From a virus (lineage: Duplodnaviria; Caudoviricetes), in the IMG/VR virus record IMGVR_UViG_3300029930_000005, positions 1 to 33,602 of that record: a stretch of 33,602 nt of DNA. The stretch is one strand, 5' to 3'. Of this stretch, positions 7,728-17,381 are shown one piece after another. Below the pieces are notes generated by a model, which was not told where the DNA came from, ran no database searches, and saw only the letters and a program-made list of their open reading frames with translations. Position 1 is the stretch's first letter, and each line of letters opens with the position of its first letter. The position numbers and the translations under genes are program-made.

Positions 7728-9431
7728 TTAAAAAGTTCCTCCATCTAATGTCGAAGTCCAATGTGGCTTATTAGTATATATTGTTGTAACAGTAGAAGGA
7801 ATTACCGATAGGTTTTGAATTGATCCGTTGTTCCCTTCTCTTTGAATATTTTGACTATTAACAAATGTACCTTCAACTCCAATCAAACTTAGTGAAGTTG
7901 TTGTCCCACCGCTTTCAACAATGCCATATGCATTACTAGTATCTTGTCTAATAATGTCTCCAGTAGTTACAGTAACTGCCGAAGGCAATGTTAATGTAAT
8001 TTTTGTAATGGCAGTTAAAACCTGCTTTGAGGTAATAATCGGTGATGCTGGGTCATTTGTAGATCTTTGCAGTCCTTCACTGTCAAAATATACTACACCG
8101 TTGGTGTTATAATCACCAGATTGATAGTAAACACCTTTTACATCTAAGAAACCTTTAGTTCCAGTTACAACACTATTTGTGATAGTAGCATCTGGAACAT
8201 AAGTCCATCTTCTACTATCATTGGCGTGAGTTCCGTGATTTAAAGTTCCTGCCGTGCTACTTGCAATGGAATCGTCATCAAAACCAAAGAATCCAGACTT
8301 GCTGTTTGAAGTTCCACTGCTTGTGTTATAATCAAAAGCAATACCACGATCTGTATTTGTATCGTATGCGTGAGTAATTGTCAGTTGAGTTGTTGTAGTG
8401 ATGCCTGGAGCAACAATCGCACTCTGAAGAGTTACAATCTTGGTGGCAGTATCATACGAAGTAACAGTATTTACACCAGACGCAGATAGTGCTGCATTTC
8501 CACTAAGCACATCACTTGTATTGATTCCTATAACAGAGTCTAAATGAATTGTGCTAACACCAGCAACAACATTCGTCATTACTGTCCTGACACTAGTTAC
8601 ATCACCTAGAACAATGATTGGATCATTGATTGTTACTGCTGTAGAATTTACAGAGGTTGTTGTTCCATCTACCTGTAAATTACCCTTAATAATAACTGTC
8701 CCTTCATTACTTAATCCATCGGGATATGGATCAATGTATAATTCATTTGTTGAAATAGTAGATATAACATTATCTTGTATTCTAACCTGATCAAATGTAG
8801 CAATTCCAGAAATACTAAGACTTCCACCAACATTTAGATTTTTTTCAATACCAACGCCACCTTCAACAACAAGAGCTCCATTATCTTTTGTTGTTGATTG
8901 GGTAACATCTCCAATATTGATTGCAACACCATCTGCAAATGCCCAATCTGCACCCTCTATTTCAAATCTATTATCAGTTGCTTCATCATAACGCATTTTA
9001 ACGTCTTTATCATTTCCAAATGATAAGTACGTATCATCAACAACATTAATCTCTCCACTTCCATTTGGATCTAGAATAATATCACCATCTGTATTTGTAG
9101 ATGATAATGTGTTTAGATCAAGTCTTAAATTATCAACATTCCACTGATCTACTTTTCTATTATTATCTAATATCGCTACGATACCACCATCACTATTTCT
9201 GGTATTTGAAACCCCAGCAACAGTTCCTGGTTGATGCTCCATCATAGAAGCATAGTAATAACCACCAACTGGATTTACATTATTTCCATCATCACCAAGA
9301 AAAATTCTGTCCTTATATTGATTAAGACCACCGTAACTACCAATACCTGTTACGTAAGCTAATTCACCCCAATTTAGACTAGAAGGTTTATTAGTACCTG
9401 AGGATCTTTTGATCCTGATAATACTTGCCAT
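7728..9431 (-). CDS. Fibre-like virion structural protein
   Basis: N-terminus IRIKRSSGTNKPSSLNWGELAY resembles fibre attachment (Mtd_N-like) domains; GALVVEGGVGIEKNLNVGG and VIIKGNLQVDGTTTSVNS are trimeric beta-fibre repeats; ends LDGGTF. Occupies the syntenic slot of T4 gp12/wac. Confidence 0.75.
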   Translation of the reverse strand: MASIIRIKRSSGTNKPSSLNWGELAYVTGIGSYGGLNQYKDRIFLGDDGNNVNPVGGYYYASMMEHQPGTVAGVSNTRNSDGGIVAILDNNRKVDQWNVDNLRLDLNTLSSTNTDGDIILDPNGSGEINVVDDTYLSFGNDKDVKMRYDEATDNRFEIEGADWAFADGVAINIGDVTQSTTKDNGALVVEGGVGIEKNLNVGGSLSISGIATFDQVRIQDNVISTISTNELYIDPYPDGLSNEGTVIIKGNLQVDGTTTSVNSTAVTINDPIIVLGDVTSVRTVMTNVVAGVSTIHLDSVIGINTSDVLSGNAALSASGVNTVTSYDTATKIVTLQSAIVAPGITTTTQLTITHAYDTNTDRGIAFDYNTSSGTSNSKSGFFGFDDDSIASSTAGTLNHGTHANDSRRWTYVPDATITNSVVTGTKGFLDVKGVYYQSGDYNTNGVVYFDSEGLQRSTNDPASPIITSKQVLTAITKITLTLPSAVTVTTGDIIRQDTSNAYGIVESGGTTTSLSLIGVEGTFVNSQNIQREGNNGSIQNLSVIPSTVTTIYTNKPHWTSTLDGGTF

Positions 9432-9659
9432 TTAGAAATTTCCCCCGTTGATGTCTAAATTCTGTGTTGCCCCTGGTGTCAGGGTTAGTGTTGCTTCCCA
9501 CTTCTGTATAGAACTATTATATACAATAACCATTCCATTTTGTAAATTAGTGGCACTAACATCACTAAGTTCAGATAAAGATAATCCCTGAGCACCAGCA
9601 AGTGAAGATATTACCTTTACTGCAGGTTGTTGCCCTACTCTGACCTTAATTTCAGCCAT
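9432..9659 (-). CDS. Small fibre-repeat-like hypothetical protein
   Basis: 75 aa with one LSELSDV...NGMVIVYNSSIQKWE fibre-type repeat; ends LDINGGNF. First gene after a TATAAATA motif. Confidence 0.75.
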   Translation of the reverse strand: MAEIKVRVGQQPAVKVISSLAGAQGLSLSELSDVSATNLQNGMVIVYNSSIQKWEATLTLTPGATQNLDINGGNF

Positions 9660-9685
9660 TTATAAACAGTTCAGGATCTAAAATA

Positions 9686-9693
9686 TATTTATA
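9686..9693 (-). promoter_or_regulatory. T4-type late promoter (gp55 sigma) TATAAATA
   Basis: Perfect consensus on the minus strand (plus strand tatttata), 26 nt upstream of the ATG at 9659, in one of the few intergenic gaps. Confidence 0.8.
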
Positions 9694-9865
9694 CTTGCTT
9701 AAATCCAAACGAAGAGATAACCTCTTGCTGCTTCAAGTATAACTTACAGTATAACTTTGCAAAATTTCTCAACTCATCAATGTCCAAATCATCAATTAAT
9801 CTAGCGTGTTTTTCATATTCAAAAAGTTTATGTACAGATTCAAGTGTTATTTCTGTTGGTTCCAT
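9689..9865 (-). CDS. 58-aa helix-loop-helix protein, NblA-like (putative phycobilisome degradation adaptor)
   Basis: Shorter than any ORF in the track. Hand translation: MEPTEITLESVHKLFEYEKHARLIDDLDIDELRNFAKLYCKLYLKQQEVISSFGFKQV*. It has a strong SD and fills the gap between two genes. The CDS is likely; the NblA call rests on size and hydrophobic pattern. Confidence 0.6.
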   Translation of the reverse strand: MEPTEITLESVHKLFEYEKHARLIDDLDIDELRNFAKLYCKLYLKQQEVISSFGFKQV

Positions 9866-10052
9866 TGACTAACTCCCTCAATAAAGATTTAATTTCATTA
9901 ATGTCATTTTTAATTTGATCAATCTCTTCTCTTTCTTTTTGTTTCTGCTCTTTCATTCTCATATATTGAGAATAACCAGTGGAGTCACAGTTTATTATGG
10001 CTCCACTTTTTTCGTCTCTAAAAAGATTTTTGTGCCCTTCTACTGGTATCAT
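9840..10052 (-). CDS. Conserved small hypothetical protein with C-terminal coiled coil
   Basis: MIPVEGHKNLFRDEKSGAIIN...EIDQIKNDINEIKSLLRELV. Starts 1 nt after the VrlC-like stop; I recall this type of ORF following the VrlC-like gene in T4-like cyanophages. Confidence 0.85.
   Translation of the reverse strand: MIPVEGHKNLFRDEKSGAIINCDSTGYSQYMRMKEQKQKEREEIDQIKNDINEIKSLLRELVNGTNRNNT
9873..9879 (-). promoter_or_regulatory. Shine-Dalgarno sequence for the 58-aa ORF
   Basis: GAGGGAG, 7-nt spacer, then ATG at 9865 (TTGAGGGAGTTAGTCAATG). Confidence 0.7.
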
Positions 10053-10053
10053 A

Positions 10054-13000
10054 CTATGCTAATGCTATTGCTCTAAAATCTTTTAATTTGATCGGCGCAG
10101 ATTCATTTGTTGATGACATTACAACTTTGATTATAAACCCATTAAATGGATCTAAATTGTTTGCTGTGAACTGATATTCGAAAAATTGACCGTCAATATT
10201 TGGAGAAACAAACGCATCAGGTCTTCCATTGTTATTACTAGGATCAATTACTAGATCGCCATATCCATCACCATCAGTATCTTTGAGATTATCATATCCA
10301 GGGAATGGTAGATAAGATTGCTCTATTCCACTAGAATCTGCTTTGAATAATTTATAGAAAACACGGAAGTCAGATTCTGGTGGTCTGTTTGCTCCAACGA
10401 AGACTTGTAACGAAGTTGCTTGTTGTTTCAAATCTATTTTCTTAGAAATGAATACTGATCCATGGGGATCTCCACTCAGTTTATTAGTTCTATCATCCGA
10501 AGCATAATCGGAAACTGGACTATTGATTTTGTTTCTACCCATAACAAAAGTTGCATTTTGAATATCCATAACAGGAGAAAGATTTTTATCTTCTGATGTG
10601 AAATCAACAACTAGTGACAATGATTTATTTCTGGGGAAAGATTCTGCAGAAAGTCTTGCAGTTTCATTAACCTTAGAAGCAACCATTCTTGGGGTTGGGA
10701 AGAATGATGTGTTATTTAATGAAATAGGTTCATAACCTTGGTCTATAAATGAGACTTCAGATCCACCTGCACTAGTGCCACTAACAGTTCTTACCTGTGC
10801 ATTTATTGTCGTTCCCTTTCCTGGAGTTATAACATTAAATTGGGGATTAAATGAACTAAACTGATGATTCTGAGATATTTTAACAGTATCACCACCTATT
10901 GATTTTTCATCAATAAAACTAATCTGATCTCCTCCAGAAGATCTTCCTGTCCTATCAAATTCTAAGTAATAATTATCTATTCCATTAAGATTACGGATAG
11001 TTTCACTTGATGGTATATCGAATGTGGTATTAATTCTAGTAAGAGAAACACCACTGCACTGATATGGTTGTATGAAACTTCCAGAAGCGTGTGGGAATAT
11101 TGATGTTCCGTCAATACCTCTAGTTCCAATAGTGAGTGTTCCAGTTCCTATGCTTGTATAAGAAATAATTTCACTTTCTATCAGTGCGTAACCACTAGAG
11201 GTAGAAATTCCCTCAAAAGTTGCAAAAGGAGTTGTATTTGCAACAGAAACAGTTGTACTACTTATACCCAAGTCTGAGGTTGTTTTAATAAATTCAGTAT
11301 CTGGTTGAACATTTTTTATTTGTATCTTATTATTAGCACCGTGATGTGCATGATTATATTGAGAAATTTCAAAAATATTTCCAGTATACTTCTGGTCAAT
11401 GAGAGAAGAAGATCCATTTATTGTGGCGCTAGTGACATATCTAGATCCACTGACATAAATTATTAAATTCTGTCCAGAATTAAACTGCTCACCTTGAACA
11501 TTACTCAGATATAAATGAGTTGGAGTTCCAATTGCAGTTACTCCTATTTTCGCTCCTGTTCCCCTTCCACTACTGCTACCAGATGCTAGAGAACTTGTAG
11601 TAATTCCCAAAGTTTCTCCAATTACATATCCAGTTCCCAATGCGGTAATATTTACATTACTTACTGTTCCACCAGAAATTATTACAGTTGCTGTTGCATC
11701 TGCACCACTTCCACTAATTGAATATAGTGGAACATTTGTATAAGTTCCATCTGGATACCCAGTTCCAACACCAACCGTTGTAATACCAGCAGATGCTGTT
11801 CCTGAGATAGGTCCACCAACTTTTTCAATAATACCAGTGATACTAGTTCCAGTAGCAGATCCTTCGCCAACTTGTCTTCCTGGAACTAAAGATGCTCCAA
11901 GTCCTGCTACAACTCCAGCGGATCCTGTAATTGCAACTTTAAGTTTTCTTGGTAAAGTTTTGATTGGGTTTGATGGTAGTTTACCGGCATTAATATTGCC
12001 AGGTTCAATAGAACTATTGTAAAATGTTAGTTTTCCATTTGATACAAATTCTGCTTTATAAAGTTTAAATGTTAAATCTTGATATTGACTTGCTGTCCAA
12101 ATAGTTCCGTTTTGTGATTTGAACAAACTTCCACCAATATATTGCTTCGAAACAATCACGTTTTCAACATCTGGTAGAGATTTTGTTCTAACAGTTTTTT
12201 GTCCCATTGTGGCAACCCACATTTCATAAAGGTCGGATGCTGGTGATAAGAATACTAAAGCATATTCTTTATCTGCTTCGAGATAAACTGGGGATGGGAA
12301 TTTAATGTTTGTTGGGGCACTTGCATCATTGGAAACAAAAATGTCTGATGGATTAAGTGCTACTTGTGTGTAATCTTGAACTAAGAAGTTTGTTGGTGTT
12401 CCAAGTTCAACTGTTCTCAACTCTATAAATATCTTTGCTGATGGATCTTTTTGAGCAAAGTAAACATCAAAAGAAGTTAGGAATGCACCGGTGCCATCGA
12501 CAGTGAACGATTGTGCAAGAGGATCTCTGTGAGTTGCGACAGTTTTTACATCTATTTCTGTTGCTTTTGTTGCGGGTCTGGGTGGATTTCTAACAGAAAC
12601 CGTAGTTGTATTTTGCGTTAAAATAGTTCCAGATCCACTATAAGTTCCTTGAGCCTGACTTGCAAAAGATGTGCTACCTGGAAGTGGTGTAACACCTGGT
12701 GGAGTTGCAGTTACTTTAAAAGTCTTCGTTCCAGATCTTACTAAAACAGTTGGTGTTGGTAAATCAGTTGGTTCTCTGAAGAAGAAGCTACCAATAATGT
12801 CACCCCAGTTATCTGATATTAGTTCTGATCTCGTAACTCTTGCAACAGCTCCAGTCGTTTCACCGACAACTATTGCTCCAGGTATTACATATCCATAATA
12901 TTTGTCCGATTCTCCAGCAAGTCTTCTGACATCAAAATTAAGTAGTTTTGATGTTGCCGAGTAATACTCGCCTGGAGGTGTTCTAGTTCTATCGTATGGA

Positions 13001-16000
13001 TCAACAGTATATGTTTCAACAAGAACAGATGGGCTACCAAGTCCAGCTCCAATGTCTGGTCTAGTAGTATCTCCAAATTTCACATTTGCACCGTGTAGCT
13101 TTATAAATGCAATAGGTCTAGAATCATAGTAAACCTGAACATTTTCAAATACTTTAAAAGTACCCGAGATCATTTCAATTTCAACTAGTTTTGGACATAT
13201 GTCTGGTTGTTGAGCATCTAAGTAATGATAATGTGTAGTAAATGGTTTTAATCCATTTGCGGCAAAGTATACATTTCTGGATCTCATGTAAGGATCAACA
13301 TCTCCAGAAATTTTTACACTTTCAACATAATCAAATTCTCTTGAGGGTCCTTCTAATTCATTTGAAAATGTGGTTCTTTTAACTTCAGTTGTATATAATT
13401 TTTTCGCAGTTCTATCTTCTCTAGATTCTACATCTATGGTTGTATTTGATTTTTCTGCCCAGGCTGCGCCTGTCGATTCAGTCCTTCCTTTGTCAATGTA
13501 TATGGTTCTTACCCAGTTATCCGATGCTGGATCTAATACAACACCCCCAACGAATACAATGACATTAAATGGATTGACATTCTCTACTTGAGTCGCATGT
13601 GGTTGTTCTATCCAACCTACTGGCGTATATTTAAGTGTTAATAGATCGCCAGTTTTTTGAATATTAGGATCTAAAAGTTTTAAATTAGAAGTTAAATCTG
13701 CTGTTGCTGGGTCAATTCCAGGATCTAATGCTAATTCTGCAGACATTGACCAGAAATCAACCGCAGTGATCAATTCTTTGTTTATTGTATCAACGTCACA
13801 TTTTGTATCTTTATTTTTTAAATCTATAAAGTCTCTATTTTGGAAATTATCTACAACAAAACCACTCTTAAATCTATTCAATCCCTGAGCATCAGTTATT
13901 TGTAAAGATTTAGTATCTAATTCTAAAGCAGTTAATGTTGTGGTTTGTTCTAAATTTTTAATCCTATTCTCAAGATTTGCAATGTCGCGCATTGTAAATC
14001 TTCTATTATCAAATAACTTTATCTGTGGTTCATTGATAGGATCGTATAGATATGCAGGTAAGGAGATTTGTGCAATCTCCATGGAATCATCTACATCAAC
14101 AGGTGGTTTTGGATTGTCCGAAGATACACCTTTAATAACACTTACTTGTCCTAATCTATTAAGAGTTACTTTGTCAACTCTCGGTAAATAATAACTATAC
14201 CCAACTAAAGAACTTTCATCAGGTGTAATTACATATGGATATCTGGATTCAAAAGTTCTTGAACTAAATGCAAATGGTGATGAAGTGGTCGAAGTAAATT
14301 CGGAAACTCTTGGACGGAAATCAATGATATCAGTTGTTCTTATGTTATTACCAACAGTTGGAATATCGTTTGTATATCTATCTTGTGTGTATGAGTTGAC
14401 ACTAAAGACATCACCAGTTGTGCTTCCAACAGATACACGATAATGATCAAAAATAACCATTAATTGTTTTGCTGGTATTGGACCGCCTTCTCTTCTTACT
14501 ATTCTGGAGTAATCGGAATATTGAATTTTATGTCCCTTATCTAGAGTGTAATTATTTGTTCTGTTTATATAACTACCTTTTGTCAATGCTTGTAGATTTG
14601 AAACTATATTAGATTCTTTGAAAGTTACCGTTTCTCCAACCTCAAATCTGTTTTGATTCAAATATACAATTTCAACTTCAGTTGAAGAACTCCTGGTAAC
14701 TAATTGTCCAATTGCTCTACTTTTTTCTCCAACAACTTTCTCACCTAAAATTGTATTAGTGTTGAGAGAAAGACCAGAAACAAAAGTTAATTTGTCTAAA
14801 ACTGGAGCAGATGAATTTGTAGATTCATAGATTGCAATAACTTTTGAAACATCTGGAACATTTAATGATATTTCTCTATCTTCAATCCTCATTCCATAGT
14901 ATAAACTAGTTGTTAGTCCACTAGTAGATGTTGTTATACCACTTGTGCTTGAAACTACAAGTTTTTTACTTCTTACGTATTCTTTTGGTTTACTCGTTAT
15001 ATTTAACTTTCTTGCAGTTGCTACTACAGTTACATTCGAAGATGGTGTTAATCCAGTAAAAGTTACCGAAGTCCCCCCAGACGCCAGAGAAAATTGATCT
15101 GACGTAAGAGATTCTGTTGTGCCATTACTGTAGTGAATAGAATACTTTTCAGCATCAAAAGGTTCATAAAATGCTGTTGTAACGCCCAAACTAACATCTA
15201 AAAGATCTGAACTCGCTATTGTTAAGGTTCCAGTAGCACTAGTAGTTTTTCCTGTTATTTGCTTAGTAATTACTAGGTTTGAGGATGAAAGATTTACCGA
15301 AGCAATATTTTTCTTAGGTAGCACAGAGAACAATGATGAATCCGATAATTTAGTAACTCTTGGTGCAACAACAGAAAATGTTGATGTTGTAATGCCCGCT
15401 GGTAAAGAACCCTCTGCAATACCTGTAATCGCTGCAGTGGTGTCTAGTGCAGATAGTGTAATAATAGATCCATTTGTAGAAATTGAATCTACTCTATTAA
15501 AAGTTGGTAGAGTTGCACCAGCTTTTGTGTACTTGATGATAGAGTCTGTTTTAATACCCGTAGATCCACTAAAAAATCTACCAGGGCAAGTTGCTATACC
15601 TGATGTGTTTATTGTGAGAGTATCAAGGGTTGAAAAATTTACAAGTGGTTTTTCATATAATACAGCATCAGCTATAAAATCTGATAATAGAGCACTATTT
15701 AAAGTATTTGAATCTTGATATACCGACTTAATGTCCTCAGTCCCATATTCCACTAAAGATACAATAGCAGCGGAAGAAGATGTATCTTCATTAATAATGA
15801 CTTGTTCACCCTGGATGAATGAACCAGAGGTTTGTGTTAAATTAAATACTGTGCTACTTGGTTTATTTGCTAAGTATCCAGTTGCACCACTACTCAAACC
15901 TCTTATGAAAGAAGTTGCAACATTTCCAATATTTCTTGAAAGAGTTAATGAAGTATAAGTTTGTATGTCAAACAGATATAAATCCCACTCAGTTGTTGCT

Positions 16001-17379
16001 CCAGAATAAGGAGCATCAGAAACCCCATACCAATATATTCTAGCCTCTCCAATTTTATATCCAGTTCCTGCGTTAGTTGTTGATGTATTTCTTCTTCTAT
16101 TATAAAGTTCAATAATGTTTGAACCTCCACCAACTGAGTTTCCTACATTAATATAAGGAACACCATAAACATTGTTAACTTTCAACAAACTTCCCATATT
16201 GAAAGAAATTAGAGCACTATCTATTGTTTTTGTGTCTCTAGGTTTATCTACATCTAAAACTGTAGATCCATTTAAATCAATATCAAATCCTCGTACATAT
16301 GCCTTACCAGGAGACACCTTAACGCACATTTTATCTTCGGAAGGAGTATTTCCTTGCTCCGTTTTTTCTCCTTCTTTATAGACACCAGCAGAAGAAATTT
16401 CATCATTCAGTGAATTTAGAACATTAACTGTAAATGGAGTTACTGCATAATCACCTGATTCCTCATAAGTTCTCTTGGCAAAATATTTTTTAATTTCTGA
16501 ATATACTGATGTGTTTTGTAACTTTTTAATTTCTCCCTGATTTATTTTAACTAATTCTACAAAATTTGTATCTTCATTATCTGTTAAGGATTTTTTGGAT
16601 AAATCTACACTAATTTTAAATCTATCAGCACCAGGTGCTGCATAGTTTGTAAATCCTTTTGCGTTATCATTTAGAGTTTTGTCATCATTGGATGTTATAA
16701 TCTCTTCAGATATTGTTAAACCAACCCTGTAAGATGGTTTATTATTATAAGGATCTAAAACAATCTGAGTGGTTGGAACATCTACAAAAGTTCCTCTGAT
16801 AAAATAAACACCCTGTGATATTCCAACTGCAGATCCTACTGCTGTCGCATCACTTGACTTTAAAGTTAAAATAGAACTCCCAGAAGTTAATGTTGTATTT
16901 CCATAAGTTACATTTTCCTCTAAGAGAAGAATTTCTCCGTCTGGAAATGGATTACTTTGTAGATCTGTTCCAGACTCTAAGTATTTTACAAAGATTGTAA
17001 TATCTTCAACTTCTTCTTCTGGTGGTAAAATATATTTTTTAATTGATGCGACTATTTGAGAATTCTGACCTTTAATTCTAACTTTATTATTAACTAATGC
17101 ATCCAAATATACTGTAATATCAATGCCTAAGTGTGTTGGATTTACTTTAACTGAATAAAAACGGTCATCAACAGTAACTCCACCAGGAATTACCATTGAT
17201 CCTTCTTTAAAAATATGACTTCCAAAAGACTCTAACTGATTTTGTAATATTGACTGAAGATTCGTCAGTTCTCTTGCTTGGACAGGATATCCAGGTTTAA
17301 AAAGAACCTTATAAAAATTCTTTGCCTTATCAAAATCGTCATAGTAAGGACTGATATTTAAATTAGTCTTTTGTGGCAT
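10054..17379 (-). CDS. VrlC-like / DUF4815 large virion structural protein
   Basis: 2441 aa with TNLNISPYYDDFD...VLFKPGYPVQARELTNLQSILQNQ, APGADRFKI, RTYEESGDY, NRFKSGFVVDNF, DPLAQSF, GSLFKSQNGTIWT and C-terminal KDFRAIALA. Follows gp8 as in cyanomyoviruses. Confidence 0.88.
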   Translation of the reverse strand: MPQKTNLNISPYYDDFDKAKNFYKVLFKPGYPVQARELTNLQSILQNQLESFGSHIFKEGSMVIPGGVTVDDRFYSVKVNPTHLGIDITVYLDALVNNKVRIKGQNSQIVASIKKYILPPEEEVEDITIFVKYLESGTDLQSNPFPDGEILLLEENVTYGNTTLTSGSSILTLKSSDATAVGSAVGISQGVYFIRGTFVDVPTTQIVLDPYNNKPSYRVGLTISEEIITSNDDKTLNDNAKGFTNYAAPGADRFKISVDLSKKSLTDNEDTNFVELVKINQGEIKKLQNTSVYSEIKKYFAKRTYEESGDYAVTPFTVNVLNSLNDEISSAGVYKEGEKTEQGNTPSEDKMCVKVSPGKAYVRGFDIDLNGSTVLDVDKPRDTKTIDSALISFNMGSLLKVNNVYGVPYINVGNSVGGGSNIIELYNRRRNTSTTNAGTGYKIGEARIYWYGVSDAPYSGATTEWDLYLFDIQTYTSLTLSRNIGNVATSFIRGLSSGATGYLANKPSSTVFNLTQTSGSFIQGEQVIINEDTSSSAAIVSLVEYGTEDIKSVYQDSNTLNSALLSDFIADAVLYEKPLVNFSTLDTLTINTSGIATCPGRFFSGSTGIKTDSIIKYTKAGATLPTFNRVDSISTNGSIITLSALDTTAAITGIAEGSLPAGITTSTFSVVAPRVTKLSDSSLFSVLPKKNIASVNLSSSNLVITKQITGKTTSATGTLTIASSDLLDVSLGVTTAFYEPFDAEKYSIHYSNGTTESLTSDQFSLASGGTSVTFTGLTPSSNVTVVATARKLNITSKPKEYVRSKKLVVSSTSGITTSTSGLTTSLYYGMRIEDREISLNVPDVSKVIAIYESTNSSAPVLDKLTFVSGLSLNTNTILGEKVVGEKSRAIGQLVTRSSSTEVEIVYLNQNRFEVGETVTFKESNIVSNLQALTKGSYINRTNNYTLDKGHKIQYSDYSRIVRREGGPIPAKQLMVIFDHYRVSVGSTTGDVFSVNSYTQDRYTNDIPTVGNNIRTTDIIDFRPRVSEFTSTTSSPFAFSSRTFESRYPYVITPDESSLVGYSYYLPRVDKVTLNRLGQVSVIKGVSSDNPKPPVDVDDSMEIAQISLPAYLYDPINEPQIKLFDNRRFTMRDIANLENRIKNLEQTTTLTALELDTKSLQITDAQGLNRFKSGFVVDNFQNRDFIDLKNKDTKCDVDTINKELITAVDFWSMSAELALDPGIDPATADLTSNLKLLDPNIQKTGDLLTLKYTPVGWIEQPHATQVENVNPFNVIVFVGGVVLDPASDNWVRTIYIDKGRTESTGAAWAEKSNTTIDVESREDRTAKKLYTTEVKRTTFSNELEGPSREFDYVESVKISGDVDPYMRSRNVYFAANGLKPFTTHYHYLDAQQPDICPKLVEIEMISGTFKVFENVQVYYDSRPIAFIKLHGANVKFGDTTRPDIGAGLGSPSVLVETYTVDPYDRTRTPPGEYYSATSKLLNFDVRRLAGESDKYYGYVIPGAIVVGETTGAVARVTRSELISDNWGDIIGSFFFREPTDLPTPTVLVRSGTKTFKVTATPPGVTPLPGSTSFASQAQGTYSGSGTILTQNTTTVSVRNPPRPATKATEIDVKTVATHRDPLAQSFTVDGTGAFLTSFDVYFAQKDPSAKIFIELRTVELGTPTNFLVQDYTQVALNPSDIFVSNDASAPTNIKFPSPVYLEADKEYALVFLSPASDLYEMWVATMGQKTVRTKSLPDVENVIVSKQYIGGSLFKSQNGTIWTASQYQDLTFKLYKAEFVSNGKLTFYNSSIEPGNINAGKLPSNPIKTLPRKLKVAITGSAGVVAGLGASLVPGRQVGEGSATGTSITGIIEKVGGPISGTASAGITTVGVGTGYPDGTYTNVPLYSISGSGADATATVIISGGTVSNVNITALGTGYVIGETLGITTSSLASGSSSGRGTGAKIGVTAIGTPTHLYLSNVQGEQFNSGQNLIIYVSGSRYVTSATINGSSSLIDQKYTGNIFEISQYNHAHHGANNKIQIKNVQPDTEFIKTTSDLGISSTTVSVANTTPFATFEGISTSSGYALIESEIISYTSIGTGTLTIGTRGIDGTSIFPHASGSFIQPYQCSGVSLTRINTTFDIPSSETIRNLNGIDNYYLEFDRTGRSSGGDQISFIDEKSIGGDTVKISQNHQFSSFNPQFNVITPGKGTTINAQVRTVSGTSAGGSEVSFIDQGYEPISLNNTSFFPTPRMVASKVNETARLSAESFPRNKSLSLVVDFTSEDKNLSPVMDIQNATFVMGRNKINSPVSDYASDDRTNKLSGDPHGSVFISKKIDLKQQATSLQVFVGANRPPESDFRVFYKLFKADSSGIEQSYLPFPGYDNLKDTDGDGYGDLVIDPSNNNGRPDAFVSPNIDGQFFEYQFTANNLDPFNGFIIKVVMSSTNESAPIKLKDFRAIALA

Positions 17380-17381
17380 TT

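Noticed and set aside
6663-9659. Four consecutive genes in the same reading frame separated by single stops, suggesting recoding or an alternative genetic code
   Set aside because: All three stops are TAA, each followed by its own ATG and an expected N-terminus. Multi-kilobase ORFs are intact under the standard bacterial code, so there is no evidence of reassignment.
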